Positions 39,223 to 49,581 of a stretch of DNA of 50,767 nt are shown here, in pieces. The first letter of the stretch is position 1, and the number at the start of each line of letters is the position of its first letter. Source of the DNA: Candidatus Bathyarchaeia archaeon (lineage in GTDB: Archaea; Thermoproteota; Bathyarchaeia; TCS64). The translations under genes and the position numbers were made by a program. The notes below the pieces were generated by a model. It saw nothing but the letters and a program-made list of their open reading frames with translations. It ran no database searches and was not told the origin of the DNA. Where the stretch lies: assembly GCA_050014495.1 (NCBI GenBank), contig JBEKDF010000020.1:1-50767 (forward strand), read 5' to 3'.

Positions 39223-40449
39223 ATGTTCAAGGATTACAGAAATATGCCGAAGGAGGCAAACTATCTAATCTACTCCATGATTTTTCCAAACCTAGCCTAT
39301 GGCATGTTCTACATGGATCTCCCATATCTCTTAACCCAAGTGAGAGGCGTCTCCGCGGGATTCATGGGTGCCTTAATAACAATAATGGGGGTTTCGATGG
39401 TAGCCTCGAGTGTACCCTTCGGCATCCTCGCCGATAGGTTCAGCAGGAGAAGGATCCTGATCTTCGGCAACGTGGTAGCCAGTGTAACTATCGCTGTCTT
39501 CGCGTTAACTGGTAACGAGGTGATTCTGCTAGCAGCAGCCCTCTTTGAGGGTCTATCGGAAGCTGCCTTCTCAGCCTCTGCGAGCGCCTTGTTGGCCGAT
39601 AAGGCAACAGACGAGAAGAGAAACAGTGTATTCTCGTTCTCGGGGTTCACGCAGAGTATAGCGTTTGGCTTGGGTGGATTCATCATTCCGGTCGTCGCGG
39701 TTTTTGAGTTGTTTGGCTACACCGTGCAGGAGTCCCACTCCATTCTCTACGTGATGATAGCCGCGTTGAGCCTGGCATCGACTATTATTATATTGAAGGT
39801 CACAGAGTCGAGAAAGCCACGTGAGAGGGTGAAAGTGACTCTTGGGAGTCTCTACCCTAAGAAGTCCGGAGGAGTCTTGTGGAAGTACCTCCTAACCAGC
39901 ATCATCATCGCCTTCGGGGCCGGGTTGGTCGTGCCCTTGATGTCAGTCTGGTTTGGCTACAGGTTTGGCGTCCCCGACACGCTAAGCGGCCCGATCCTAG
40001 GTGCATCAAGTTTGTTAATCGGCATAGCTACCCTTGGTTCGCCTCCTATTGCAAGGAAACTGGGCATCGTTAAGGCAATCGTCGTCACCCAAGCTGCATC
40101 AACCCTCTTTATGTTCCTGACCCCGGCAGCGCCGGAGTTCATCTCTGCGAGTATTGTGTACTCGTTTAGGAGTTTACTCATGAATATGGCTAGTCCGTTG
40201 CAGCAGTCGATGGTCATGGGACTGGTCCACGAGGATGAGAGGGGTTTAGCCTCGGGAATCAGCTCGGCTCTCTGGAAGCTGCCCAGCTCTCTCAGTACCT
40301 TCATCGGGGCTTGGCTGATGGGCTTAGGGTTGCTTGCGACACCATTCTATCTTGCGAGTATCTTCTACCTCGTATCAATACTGATGTTCTGGTACTTCTT
40401 CAGAAACACGAAATTACCTGAGGAGATGCTTACTGTGGTTAAAACATAG
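39223..40449 (+). CDS. MFS transporter
   Basis: About 12 TMs; motif A GILADRFSRR. Confidence 0.92.
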   Translation: MFKDYRNMPKEANYLIYSMIFPNLAYGMFYMDLPYLLTQVRGVSAGFMGALITIMGVSMVASSVPFGILADRFSRRRILIFGNVVASVTIAVFALTGNEVILLAAALFEGLSEAAFSASASALLADKATDEKRNSVFSFSGFTQSIAFGLGGFIIPVVAVFELFGYTVQESHSILYVMIAALSLASTIIILKVTESRKPRERVKVTLGSLYPKKSGGVLWKYLLTSIIIAFGAGLVVPLMSVWFGYRFGVPDTLSGPILGASSLLIGIATLGSPPIARKLGIVKAIVVTQAASTLFMFLTPAAPEFISASIVYSFRSLLMNMASPLQQSMVMGLVHEDERGLASGISSALWKLPSSLSTFIGAWLMGLGLLATPFYLASIFYLVSILMFWYFFRNTKLPEEMLTVVKT

Positions 40450-40566
40450 ACTCGCGACTAATATTAGCGCGCGTATTATCTTTTCCAGTATCGGGGACTC
40501 AGCATACAAGGGGGGTTATAGCTGTAATATTAATAGGTCGGCATGTTCGGGTGGCTCTAGATAGAT

Positions 40567-40905
40567 ATGTACCGTCCAATGAGATGGATCTGGATTGGGT
40601 TGGGCTTCCTCCTCATAATTTTTGGTGGATTATGGCTGGTGAGTAGGCTAAGGTACCCATACAACTACGGGGTGCCCATGTTTGGGTTGGGTCCTCCCTT
40701 CGGTATCTTCGGGGGGTTCTTCGTCATTATCATTATCATGTTTGTGTTTAGGGTGGTGTTCTGGGGTAGCTGGATGGGATATAGGAGGAGGTACTGGCGT
40801 GGATCGAGGGCGGAAGAGATTCTCAGGGAAAGGTACGCTAGGGGTGAGATCACGAAGGAGCAGTTTGACCAGATGCTTCATGACCTCCGCGTATCAAAGA
40901 ATTAA
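40567..40905 (+). CDS. SHOCT-domain membrane protein
   Basis: Two TMs, then AEEILRERYARGEITKEQF. Confidence 0.88.
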   Translation: MYRPMRWIWIGLGFLLIIFGGLWLVSRLRYPYNYGVPMFGLGPPFGIFGGFFVIIIIMFVFRVVFWGSWMGYRRRYWRGSRAEEILRERYARGEITKEQFDQMLHDLRVSKN

Positions 40906-41027
40906 CACTTATAGGTTTTCTAACTGACACTTTTTCTCTATTTCGAGTCTCAAACATTTGAGTACATAGAGTGCACGAGGCCGCATCTGCATTCGAATTA
41001 ATAATCCGGGCGAGTCAAGGAAAGAGG

Positions 41028-41684
41028 TCATCTTATCAGACTCGTATAAAGCATATACATCCCTGCGAGAATGAGAACTACCCCGTTCGCTTTTTTCAGC
41101 AATGGCATCGCTGCTAGCAACCAAGTGTGTAACAAGTCCTTGGCTAGAGTCAAGGTGATCGTCAATGGGATTATCAACGCTGCTGCTCCAGCTCCATAAG
41201 CGACGAATAACCAAATGACATCAACGAAACTCTTCGCTGACACGCTTTGGAGAACAACAATCAGGAAGATAGGCAGGCTGCAACCAAGGGAAGCGACTCC
41301 ATAAGCGATACCGTAGGTTAGGAAAGAGAATGGACCTGCGCCATCGATCCCAAGACCTAAACTGGGTAATCTATTCATTAATGTGGTCCAAAAGGTAAGG
41401 AGACCGATTATAATCAGGGCAAAACCTAGTACAGGGACTGCGAGCCACACAAATTTCTGGAACTCGGAAGCCATCATGGAGGGGATTATACCCACAATTA
41501 AGAAAACGAAGAGGAATCCAACTGACATTAAGAATGACAACAGAATGCCATTCACAAGTCTTTTTCCAGCCACGCTGCTGCTAAGGTAATAAGAAATGTA
41601 GCCTGGAAGCATGGGTAACGCGCATGGGCTCAAAAAGGCCAAAGCCCCAGCGATGAAAGCGAGACTCAGCTGTGCAGCATCCAT
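41028..41684 (-). CDS. ccdA: CcdA/DsbD-type transmembrane electron transporter
   Basis: AFLSPCALPMLPGYI and SLGCSLP; about 6 TMs. Confidence 0.85.
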   Translation of the reverse strand: MDAAQLSLAFIAGALAFLSPCALPMLPGYISYYLSSSVAGKRLVNGILLSFLMSVGFLFVFLIVGIIPSMMASEFQKFVWLAVPVLGFALIIIGLLTFWTTLMNRLPSLGLGIDGAGPFSFLTYGIAYGVASLGCSLPIFLIVVLQSVSAKSFVDVIWLFVAYGAGAAALIIPLTITLTLAKDLLHTWLLAAMPLLKKANGVVLILAGMYMLYTSLIR

Positions 41685-42194
41685 TTAAGATCCCATGCGA
41701 TACGCGTTAATTGTCTGGATCAGCTGCTGGTAGGAAGTGTAGAAGCCACGATATCTTATATTTCCGGACCCATCTACGATAACAAGAGTTGGTACCGCAC
41801 TCACCTTATAGATATCGATTGCTGATTGTAAATTGCCAATCCTCCAACCAATCTTATTGTTTTGGGCGAAACCAAGCAAGTCCGCCTCACTAGCACCGTC
41901 GACGTTGATTGAGACGACTACCACCCCATTTTGGCTCTGTAATGGTCTCAGGGCATCGAACTCATCGATGCAGACAGAGCAAGTGGTTGTCACGAAGTCA
42001 AGTACGACTATCTTCCCCTTTTGCCCCGAAAGGCTGAATGTTTCTCCATTAATGTCCTTTAATGTAACATCCATCGCTTTATCTCCCACATTTACTCCTG
42101 GAGGTATGAACCGACTTGATGTGACCCAGTAGGTGAACGTGGCGATCCCTACTATCAGGATGAGCATTAGGAGGAGGGTGGACTTCGTATTCAT
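41685..42194 (-). CDS. Membrane-anchored TlpA/redoxin thioredoxin-fold protein
   Basis: N-terminal TM; GKIVVLDF...CSVC; VPTLVIVD..G.I. Confidence 0.88.
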   Translation of the reverse strand: MNTKSTLLLMLILIVGIATFTYWVTSSRFIPPGVNVGDKAMDVTLKDINGETFSLSGQKGKIVVLDFVTTTCSVCIDEFDALRPLQSQNGVVVVSINVDGASEADLLGFAQNNKIGWRIGNLQSAIDIYKVSAVPTLVIVDGSGNIRYRGFYTSYQQLIQTINAYRMGS

Positions 42195-42284
42195 TCTATC
42201 AAGGTCATGGGTTCGGTCTTTAAAAACCGAATCAAATTGGTTTTCGGCCTCAAAGGGGATTGATTATATAAATATGCGTGTAAT

Positions 42285-43259
42285 TTACTCGGTGAAGACT
42301 CCTCCGATTGGAGCTCTTTGGGTTCTCCAATCTGTCCCAGCTGAGTCTTTTTTGACCCTTATGTACTGAGAGACCTTATACCCAAATAAATCAGCGCATG
42401 CCACGACTACGGACTCGGGGGTTCTCTTATAGAAGTCTGACTCTTGCTTCTCTCTCTCCTGATGGCTCAAGATTAGGTTTAGCAGTTTTATTCGAGTCAA
42501 TTCAGGGAACCCCTGTATAGAGGAGATTCTACTGGAGACGACTTCGGCGGATAGGTAAACGTGGCCCAACATGAAGCCCTCCCTGCTCTCAGTCATGCCG
42601 AGTGGCTCAGTGTTCTCCCTCAGAACCCCGACATCGTGTAGAAATGCTCCGGTGTAGACGAGGTCTCTGTCAAGTGAGGGATGGATCCTGCATGCCAGCT
42701 CGCAGTATTGAAGCACCTCCCAGGTGTGCTCTAGTAGTCCGCCGGCGCATGAGTGGTGGAACATTCTTGCGCCGTAGAAAAGCTTGAATTTGTTCATGAA
42801 GCCGGTATCCGTAATGAATGACTCCACAAGGGCCTTGAGTGAGGGATCCTTGATGGTGGCGAGTAGTCCAGTGCAGTAGTTCCACATTACTTCGATGTCC
42901 TGGTTTGACTTGGGGACGAAATTTGAGAGGTCATACTCACCAGGGACTGCGGGGCTCATCGAGCCTCCGTCTCTTGTGCTGATTACTATTTGGGGGAAGC
43001 CCTGATGAGTGTTCTTCACCCCCTTTACACGAACTACTGCACCAAGCTCTATTGAGTCGTCGAGCTCTTTGCAGTTTATGGTCGAGCCACTGAAAGCTAC
43101 GAATTTGATGTCACCTGAGTTGTCGCCAAGTTCACCAGCGAATATCTCACCTCTTCCCGTAGCTACGACTCTATGGGATTTCGATCTACATTGCAGGAAC
43201 GCTTCAACCGGCGTTCCGTCTGCTATTGCTCTTATCTCTGAGGAATCCATGAGTTTCAT
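42285..43259 (-). CDS. YhaM/Cbf1-like OB-fold plus HD-domain 3'-5' exonuclease
   Basis: N-terminal OB fold; HH...GGLLEHT, LHDVG, GHV, ILSH and PE...AD motifs. Confidence 0.88.
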   Translation of the reverse strand: MKLMDSSEIRAIADGTPVEAFLQCRSKSHRVVATGRGEIFAGELGDNSGDIKFVAFSGSTINCKELDDSIELGAVVRVKGVKNTHQGFPQIVISTRDGGSMSPAVPGEYDLSNFVPKSNQDIEVMWNYCTGLLATIKDPSLKALVESFITDTGFMNKFKLFYGARMFHHSCAGGLLEHTWEVLQYCELACRIHPSLDRDLVYTGAFLHDVGVLRENTEPLGMTESREGFMLGHVYLSAEVVSSRISSIQGFPELTRIKLLNLILSHQEREKQESDFYKRTPESVVVACADLFGYKVSQYIRVKKDSAGTDWRTQRAPIGGVFTE

Positions 43260-43405
43260 TTCAAATGAAGGCCCCCCATATTTAGAAGGTTTCCTCGAAT
43301 TTTAAAAAAATCAACTGATGCGAATAAGATTACGAATCACATGTATGCGTGCGAAGCCAGATTAACACATCATTTGTAGAGAAGATGAAATATTTTACAC
43401 CCACG

Positions 43406-43858
43406 CTAGAAGGTTTTCACGATGAAGTTTCTAAGTCTCTTGTGTCTATCAGAAAACCTAAGAAAACCCCTCGACATCTTGACTATTCTTGAGTCGATCA
43501 ATCTCGATAAGACAAGGGCTACAAAATAGGTTGCGAAGCCTAGAGCGAAGTCACCGAATACGTTAACTGTTCCGACACGCCAAAAAACCAAAAACGTGAT
43601 TATCGCCCCAAAGATAGTCATCATAATAGATCTTACATCGAAGTATATTCTCTGAGTCCAACTGGAGATGACGAATGCCTCAGCAATTTCATTCTTGATT
43701 CTCTGCAGCTCCTCGCTGTTGTTCATCTTCGTTAGAACGTTGTTTATACAGACTGGATCCGTGACCTCGCTACAAGATGCCTTTTCGTCTAGCTTGCTTC
43801 CCAGCTCCTTGAGGACCTTGCTGATTATCTCCTCCTCCACGCTAATTGTAGGTTCCAA
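43406..43858 (-). CDS. Hypothetical membrane protein
   Basis: Two C-terminal TM helices. Confidence 0.6.
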   Translation of the reverse strand: MEPTISVEEEIISKVLKELGSKLDEKASCSEVTDPVCINNVLTKMNNSEELQRIKNEIAEAFVISSWTQRIYFDVRSIMMTIFGAIITFLVFWRVGTVNVFGDFALGFATYFVALVLSRLIDSRIVKMSRGFLRFSDRHKRLRNFIVKTF

Positions 43859-43971
43859 AAAAATCCCTCAACCCAGTTATACATCCTAGAAGGAGGGTTG
43901 GCTATAAATCAGATCTGGACTCCCTAACTTGATAGATAGAGACAAATTACGTGAGAGACACCTAAACGTAG

Positions 43972-44550
43972 ATGGGCGAGACGCATCCGGTAAGATGGAC
44001 GTATATTCTGATTGTTTCGACGTTTGCCGTCTTCGTCATCCAGAATATCACTCGAAGTTGGATATTTTTCGCTTTCATACCTGCCTATGCATCACGTTAT
44101 CCATGGATGTATGTGACCTCAATATTTCTTCATGCCAGCATCGAGCACATCCTGGTAAACATGGTGGTTCTACTCGTCTTCGGAACACTCCTCGAGCGAA
44201 GAGTGGGATCACTGCAGTTTCTACTATTATTTGTACTCGCAGGGGTAATTGGAAACGTTGGCTATCAGGTAACCACAACAAGCCAATTCACACCTAGCGT
44301 AGGAGCCTCAGGGGCAATATACGGTGTTATGGGGGCACTTGCCCTCCTAGACCCTCTCCATGTGGTCTACCTCGGCTTCATCTTCCCACTCCCTATAATA
44401 GTCATTATGCCACTCTACGCCTTACTTGACTTCCTAGGGCTCTTCACAACAGACAATGTCGCGCATGGAGCTCACCTCGGTGGCTTAGTCCTAGGGATCT
44501 TATACGGAATTTACCTTAGATATGTAATCAAACCGCCCCCATCAATGTAA
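43972..44550 (+). CDS. Rhomboid intramembrane serine protease
   Basis: FLHA..EH...NM, GASGAIYG and AHGAHLGG motifs. Confidence 0.93.
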   Translation: MGETHPVRWTYILIVSTFAVFVIQNITRSWIFFAFIPAYASRYPWMYVTSIFLHASIEHILVNMVVLLVFGTLLERRVGSLQFLLLFVLAGVIGNVGYQVTTTSQFTPSVGASGAIYGVMGALALLDPLHVVYLGFIFPLPIIVIMPLYALLDFLGLFTTDNVAHGAHLGGLVLGILYGIYLRYVIKPPPSM

Positions 44551-44663
44551 AATGTAAGTAGCTATGGGGCACCTTGACCGAGTCAAAATAAAGTTGGTTT
44601 ATTCTCCGCTCATGCTTGGAATAGTTTATTCTCTGGCAAGGCAGAGGTTTTACACATAATTGC

Positions 44664-45473
44664 GTGGAGTTTAGATCGATGTATGGGAGACTCACCGTCA
44701 AGCAACAGCGAAAACTGGAGATGTACATAGCGAACGAGTCATCACTTAACAAGCGACTAGGAGACACGGAAAATAGTGAACTACTGCGATTCAATCAGTC
44801 CTACATCGCGGCAAGCGCAGTAGCTGAACAATTCTACTGTGAGAGAAAAGTCGAGCTAGAGCACATCCACGGGAGGGTTGAGACGGAGACTAAGAAGATG
44901 GGGAGTGAGGGACATGAGACCCTACAGGCTGGTTCTATCGAGGTGAATAGGGAGGAGATCCTCCGAAGAGTATTCTCCGGTGAGCCAGTCGTCGTCCACG
45001 AGTTGCCCATCCTCATGTTGTATCGAGGCGTGATCCTTGTGGGGCAACCCGACGCCGTATTGTTCAAGGATGGTAACCCCCTCGTCCTCTTCGAATACAA
45101 GTTCAGTGGATCACCCTACCCCTATAGGAGCTATCACGCTCAGGCTAGGGTTTATGACAGGATCCTAGACGGCGCTGGTTTCGACACTAGCGATCTCTTC
45201 TACGCAATTGCCGTGGCTTCTAGGGAGAGCCGAGGCGATGAGAGTCTCTTCCGGAAAGTGATTGAAGCGGTAAACGAGAATGGACCAGCGGAGACAAGCC
45301 TCACTGTGGGTGATGCACACGTGTATCTCTACGAGTATAATCAACCTATGGCGGAGAGGGACATTGACTGGGCCCTCGCATATTGGAGGGGAACGAGGGA
45401 GATAGCGCCGGTTGATAACCCCGCGAAATGTAGGAGCTGTGAGTACCGTGATAAATGCCACCTGGCCGATTAA
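44664..45473 (+). CDS. Solo Cas4/Exo5-like PD-(D/E)xK nuclease with Fe-S cysteines
   Basis: AS.VAEQFYCE, G...H, GQPD...EYK, QARVY and C-terminal CRSCEYRDKC. Confidence 0.85.
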   Translation: MEFRSMYGRLTVKQQRKLEMYIANESSLNKRLGDTENSELLRFNQSYIAASAVAEQFYCERKVELEHIHGRVETETKKMGSEGHETLQAGSIEVNREEILRRVFSGEPVVVHELPILMLYRGVILVGQPDAVLFKDGNPLVLFEYKFSGSPYPYRSYHAQARVYDRILDGAGFDTSDLFYAIAVASRESRGDESLFRKVIEAVNENGPAETSLTVGDAHVYLYEYNQPMAERDIDWALAYWRGTREIAPVDNPAKCRSCEYRDKCHLAD

Positions 45474-45570
45474 TCAGAGTTCACTTAATGTTCTAACAGG
45501 CTGACCTTTTCTTAAGAGTTCCACGGAAATCCAGAATAACCTATAACCCACCCCTCCAATCAACTCGTCA

Positions 45571-46106
45571 ATGGTCACACTAAGCGACCTCTGGAACATC
45601 ATCCCAACACTAAGCGTTGTCATCGCACTAGTCTACTACGCAGCCACACTCAGAAGCATAGATAAAACAAGAATGAGGGACCTCGTCAGCCAGAGGCTCC
45701 AAGTAGCTTCAACCGAGTCTACCAAATATTGCAGGACGTCCGTATGATGGTTGACTGGGAGACTCCGGAGGAATTCTACTCAAAATACCACTACACGGTG
45801 AACCCCCAAGCATTCGCAAAGATAGAGTACTTGCTCAACCTCTACAGTAGCGTAGGGATACTACACAAGGATGGCATCATATCGCTGGAGTGGATCTTCC
45901 AACTTTACCCACCATACACAACCATCGGCATATGGGAGCAATTCAAGCCATACATACTCAAGGCCCGAGAGACCATGAATGACCCCGACTGGCTTAAGCC
46001 ATATGAGGAACTCTACAACGAGGCTAGAAAAATGTATCCCAATACCTCAAACATGAGGGAAACCACCATAAAGATACTCAAGGAAACAAGGGAGAATAAT
46101 TCGTAA
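45571..46106 (+). pseudogene. Frameshifted membrane-anchored protein (DUF4760-like)
   Basis: MVTLSDLWNIIPTLSVVIALVYYAATLR frame from 45571 stops at 45747; adding one base near 45718 joins it to the 45729-46106 ORF. Confidence 0.7.
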
Positions 46107-46135
46107 TTAACTGCGCACGCTTGTAGTAAAGTTAC

Positions 46136-47239
46136 CTAGGAGTCTAGTGTACCATCGAAGAGTCCCAAGGGTAGAGGTTCTGGTCTGGCACAATTACTAT
46201 CTAGGAAGATTGTTTTCTCCTCGAGTGATGCCTTATGGAACGCATGCATAGCTTCGAGGATATGGTAGGTTAGGTGGCCATTCGCTCGGGGCGTCCTATT
46301 TGATCTCAGCGCTTGTGCCATGTCTGCGACGCCGATGCCTCTACTATTAGCGGTATACCCGTGGGTTAAGGGGACCGCACTCCACTCCTGTTCACCCATG
46401 CGCAATATTTTAACTGGACCACCGAAGGTGTTTGGGTCCGGGACGCTTAGGGACCCGGTGGATCCATAGATCTCTATTCTTGGTAATTGGGCAGCCCATA
46501 CATCGAAGCTAGTGATGATTGTGGCTATTGCACCGTTACGGAAGTCGATGACGCCTGCGACGTGTGTGGGGACGTCCACCGTAATCTTCATCCCATGTTT
46601 TGGCTCGCTGGTTATGGTCCTCTCGGGGAAGGTAATTCTCGCTGATCCTTTCACGCTCTTGATTGGACCGATGAGGTTGACGAGAGCTGTTAGGTAATAC
46701 GGCCCCATGTCGAACATGGGGCCTCCTCCGGTCTTATAGTAGAACTCTGGGTTTGGGTGCCATCCCTCGTGGCCATGGCAGGTCATGAAAGCTGTAGCTG
46801 CAACGGGCTCACCAATCCAGCCATCGTCTATGAGTTTCCTGCAGGTCTGAATTCCACCTCCCATGAATGTGTCGGGGGCTCCACCAAGGAGGACCTTTGC
46901 TTGTTCTGCAGCGTTTACAAGCTCCTCGCCTTCGGTTAAATCTATGGCGATTGGCTTCTCGTTATAGACTGACTTTCCTGAATCTATGGAGGCTCTCGCT
47001 ATCTTGTAGTGCGCATCGGGTGTGGTAAGGTTGAGTACTATCTCGATTTCGGGGTCGTTTAGGAGCTCCTCAACGCTGCATGCTTTGGGTATGTTGAACT
47101 CCTGTGCCCTCTTGTCAGCCCTCTCGGGAACGAGGTCTGCGCAGGCTGTGACGTCCAGAATTTTGAGAAGTTTACTGTTCTTGAGGTATGTGCCACTTAT
47201 GTAGCCACACCCTATGATGCCAACTTTAACAGGATCCAT
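46136..47239 (-). CDS. Gfo/Idh/MocA oxidoreductase
   Basis: GIIGCG, EKP and GGGPMFDMGPYY motifs. Confidence 0.93.
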   Translation of the reverse strand: MDPVKVGIIGCGYISGTYLKNSKLLKILDVTACADLVPERADKRAQEFNIPKACSVEELLNDPEIEIVLNLTTPDAHYKIARASIDSGKSVYNEKPIAIDLTEGEELVNAAEQAKVLLGGAPDTFMGGGIQTCRKLIDDGWIGEPVAATAFMTCHGHEGWHPNPEFYYKTGGGPMFDMGPYYLTALVNLIGPIKSVKGSARITFPERTITSEPKHGMKITVDVPTHVAGVIDFRNGAIATIITSFDVWAAQLPRIEIYGSTGSLSVPDPNTFGGPVKILRMGEQEWSAVPLTHGYTANSRGIGVADMAQALRSNRTPRANGHLTYHILEAMHAFHKASLEEKTIFLDSNCARPEPLPLGLFDGTLDS

Positions 47240-47248
47240 ATCACCGAC

Positions 47249-47893
47249 CTACCTTGATGCCCAGAGCATTCCCCTCTTCATGATCTCCTTAGCCTCGGGC
47301 ACGTTGAAGTCTGATGCGACGTGGCCTAGGGACGCGTAGAAGACTCTCCCATTGCCGTACATTTTCTTCCATGCGACCGGCATCGTGGTGCCTTTGATCC
47401 AGGGGGCATGTTCGCCTGTGAATGTGGTCGTAGCGAGGACTTTGATGGAGGGGTCTATGTGCATGAAGTATTGCTCTGAGTGCATCTTGAAGTCTCGTAG
47501 ACCATGTGTCACCGGGTCTTCGTGGTCAAGGATGTTCACCTCGTAGTCTATGATGTTTCCTGGATGGGCGACCCACTGACCACCTACCATGAATTGGTAC
47601 TCTACGTTGTCTCGGAAGGAGTCTCCCATGCCTCCGTGCCACCCGGCTATGCCTACGCCGGATTTAATTGCGTCAAGAAGCCCCCTCTCCTGCTCCGGAG
47701 TTATCGTTCCCTGGGTCCAAGATTGGACTATGAGGCTTAGATTAGCCATCTTCTCATGGTCTAAGTAGGCGTTTAGTGTGTCTTGTACATCGACACTGTA
47801 TCCCCTGTCCATCAGCCAAGGAGTGAAGATGTCGATGCACTGCTTAGGTTCGTGACCGGGCCATCCACCCCACACAATTAAAGCGTTCTTCAA
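47249..47893 (-). CDS. ThuA-like (class I glutamine amidotransferase fold) protein
   Basis: [26 protein letters not shown] and GRVFY.SLGH motifs; upstream of Gfo/Idh/MocA. Confidence 0.9.
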   Translation of the reverse strand: MKNALIVWGGWPGHEPKQCIDIFTPWLMDRGYSVDVQDTLNAYLDHEKMANLSLIVQSWTQGTITPEQERGLLDAIKSGVGIAGWHGGMGDSFRDNVEYQFMVGGQWVAHPGNIIDYEVNILDHEDPVTHGLRDFKMHSEQYFMHIDPSIKVLATTTFTGEHAPWIKGTTMPVAWKKMYGNGRVFYASLGHVASDFNVPEAKEIMKRGMLWASR

Positions 47894-48006
47894 TGGGTAT
47901 CAAGTATAATTTGTTTTAGTACCGCTTAAGACACTTCGCGCTAATTTGATTGACTCAACCTTATCGTGCACATATATTTTTATTTTTATTAATCGGTTTC
48001 CATTTG

Positions 48007-48462
48007 ATGACTATGGATGAAGTTAAGCTTCTTTATGATCAGATAGAGACGACCTTCAGGGGTAAGTCGTGGCATGGACCTAACATGATTCAGGTCCTAG
48101 AGGGAGTCTCCGTGGATAAGGCGAGATTACGACCTCTATCTGGGCGACACAGTATATGGGAGCTCGTTAACCATATGAATTACTGGATGCTCGCCGCGTT
48201 GAAGGGGCTGAATGGTGGAGAGGTGCCTAGACCTGAGGGGTTTGAGGATTGGCCACCTATTGGTGTGACCTCGGAGGAGTGGCGTACATCAGTCGCTGAT
48301 TTAGAGGGGACTGTTAACTCAATTCTTGATACTTTGATGGGTTTCTCGAATGCCAGACTCGAGGAGAAGGTCCAGGGTAGGGACTATAGCTATCGTAGCC
48401 TTATCCATGGAGTACTGCATCATAATCTGTACCATATGGGTCAGATCGCTCTTCTGAGATAG
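48007..48462 (+). CDS. DinB/YfiT family protein
   Basis: WHGP, HSIWELVNH..YW and HNLYHMGQI motifs; ATG at 48007 or 48013 preferred. Confidence 0.88.
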   Translation: MTMDEVKLLYDQIETTFRGKSWHGPNMIQVLEGVSVDKARLRPLSGRHSIWELVNHMNYWMLAALKGLNGGEVPRPEGFEDWPPIGVTSEEWRTSVADLEGTVNSILDTLMGFSNARLEEKVQGRDYSYRSLIHGVLHHNLYHMGQIALLR

Positions 48463-48521
48463 ATATTTTTGCGACCTCGTGTGGGACGTTTAAGTGTGGT
48501 TTGGGAAAAACATCTGGATGT

Positions 48522-48996
48522 TTAGTTGTCTGGGGCGACTGGTTTGGGCTGGTTGGGCCCGACTTGGCCGGGTTTTATTTTAGCGTGGATGAAGTTCTCA
48601 GATGGCACGGGTGATCCAGCGAGTCGACGGAGCATGAGGGAGTTGGCCAATGTGTGCCATGGAATCGCTGAGTGGGCCTTGGAGAAGCTGCTCCTCGGTG
48701 ACCCCACTGGGTTTACCCTCATGGATGGAGCTGTCTAGCTTGGCGAGGGTCACATAGAAATTAGTTATCTCTTCATCCCATGGTTTGAGGGAAAACCATG
48801 TCATGTCGTAGTGTTGGTAGAAGCTGTGAGCGTAGGTGAGGACGCTAGTTATATGGTGGAGAAGCTCCCGTGGTGTTCGGGCGTCTTTGCCTACATCTAG
48901 TTCAGGGTAGTTTTCAGGAGCATCTTTGAGGGCCTTAGTGGCATGGTAGGCGATTGAGGCTAGGAAGTGTCGAAGCAGCTCACTCTTCTCGGCCAT
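48522..48996 (-). pseudogene. DinB-like protein with a +1 frameshift near the C-terminus
   Basis: ...QGPLSD.MAHIGQL continues as LMLRRLAGSPVPSENF in another frame; one extra base in the GGG run at 48638-48640. Confidence 0.75.
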
Positions 48997-49083
48997 AATT
49001 CTTTGGGGGTGTTTGATGGATTTTTACTTTTTCTGTTTGTGTGGGAAAAATTTTTTCTCAGGTATAAGACTAGAAGTATATCG

Positions 49084-49581
49084 ATGGGAAATAGGAAGAA
49101 GACTTGGCAGGAAAAACTAGCAGATAAGGAGGGGCTACCTAAGACCCTTGAACTGAAGCAGAATTTTCCATGCTTTAACGCTTTGCACAAGATGGGAGTT
49201 GAAGTGGGGGAGACTGTTGTCCTTGTCAACCCGAGGGAAGTGGTTGAAGTCATGAAGCAGGTTCCTGTGGGTAGGCTCGTAACTATGGTTGATATCTGTC
49301 AAAAGATTGCTCGAGATCATGAGGTCAAGGGCTGTTGTTCGCTTACGTCGGGAATCTTCATCATGACTGCAGCAAACGCGGCTGAGGAGGCTCATAAAGA
49401 GGGAAAGGATCTTGGCATCCCATATTGGCGGACCTTAAAGGCAGATGAGTACTTGAATGCGAAGTATCCTGGAGGGGAGGAGGCTCATAAGAAACTGGTT
49501 GAAGGTGAGGGCCATGTTGTTACTAGGCAGGGTAGTCATTATAGGGTAGTTGATTTCGAGAAGAAGTTGTTGAAATCATAG
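49084..49581 (+). CDS. MGMT/alkyltransferase-like DNA-binding protein (PYWR type)
   Basis: MK.VP.G.LVT, C.LT.GIF, IPYWRTLK...LN.KYPGG, EGH; lacks the PCHR catalytic motif. Confidence 0.75.
   Translation: MGNRKKTWQEKLADKEGLPKTLELKQNFPCFNALHKMGVEVGETVVLVNPREVVEVMKQVPVGRLVTMVDICQKIARDHEVKGCCSLTSGIFIMTAANAAEEAHKEGKDLGIPYWRTLKADEYLNAKYPGGEEAHKKLVEGEGHVVTRQGSHYRVVDFEKKLLKS

Noticed and set aside
49084..49581. Active O6-methylguanine methyltransferase (ogt)
   Set aside because: The PCHR active-site motif is replaced by PYWR.
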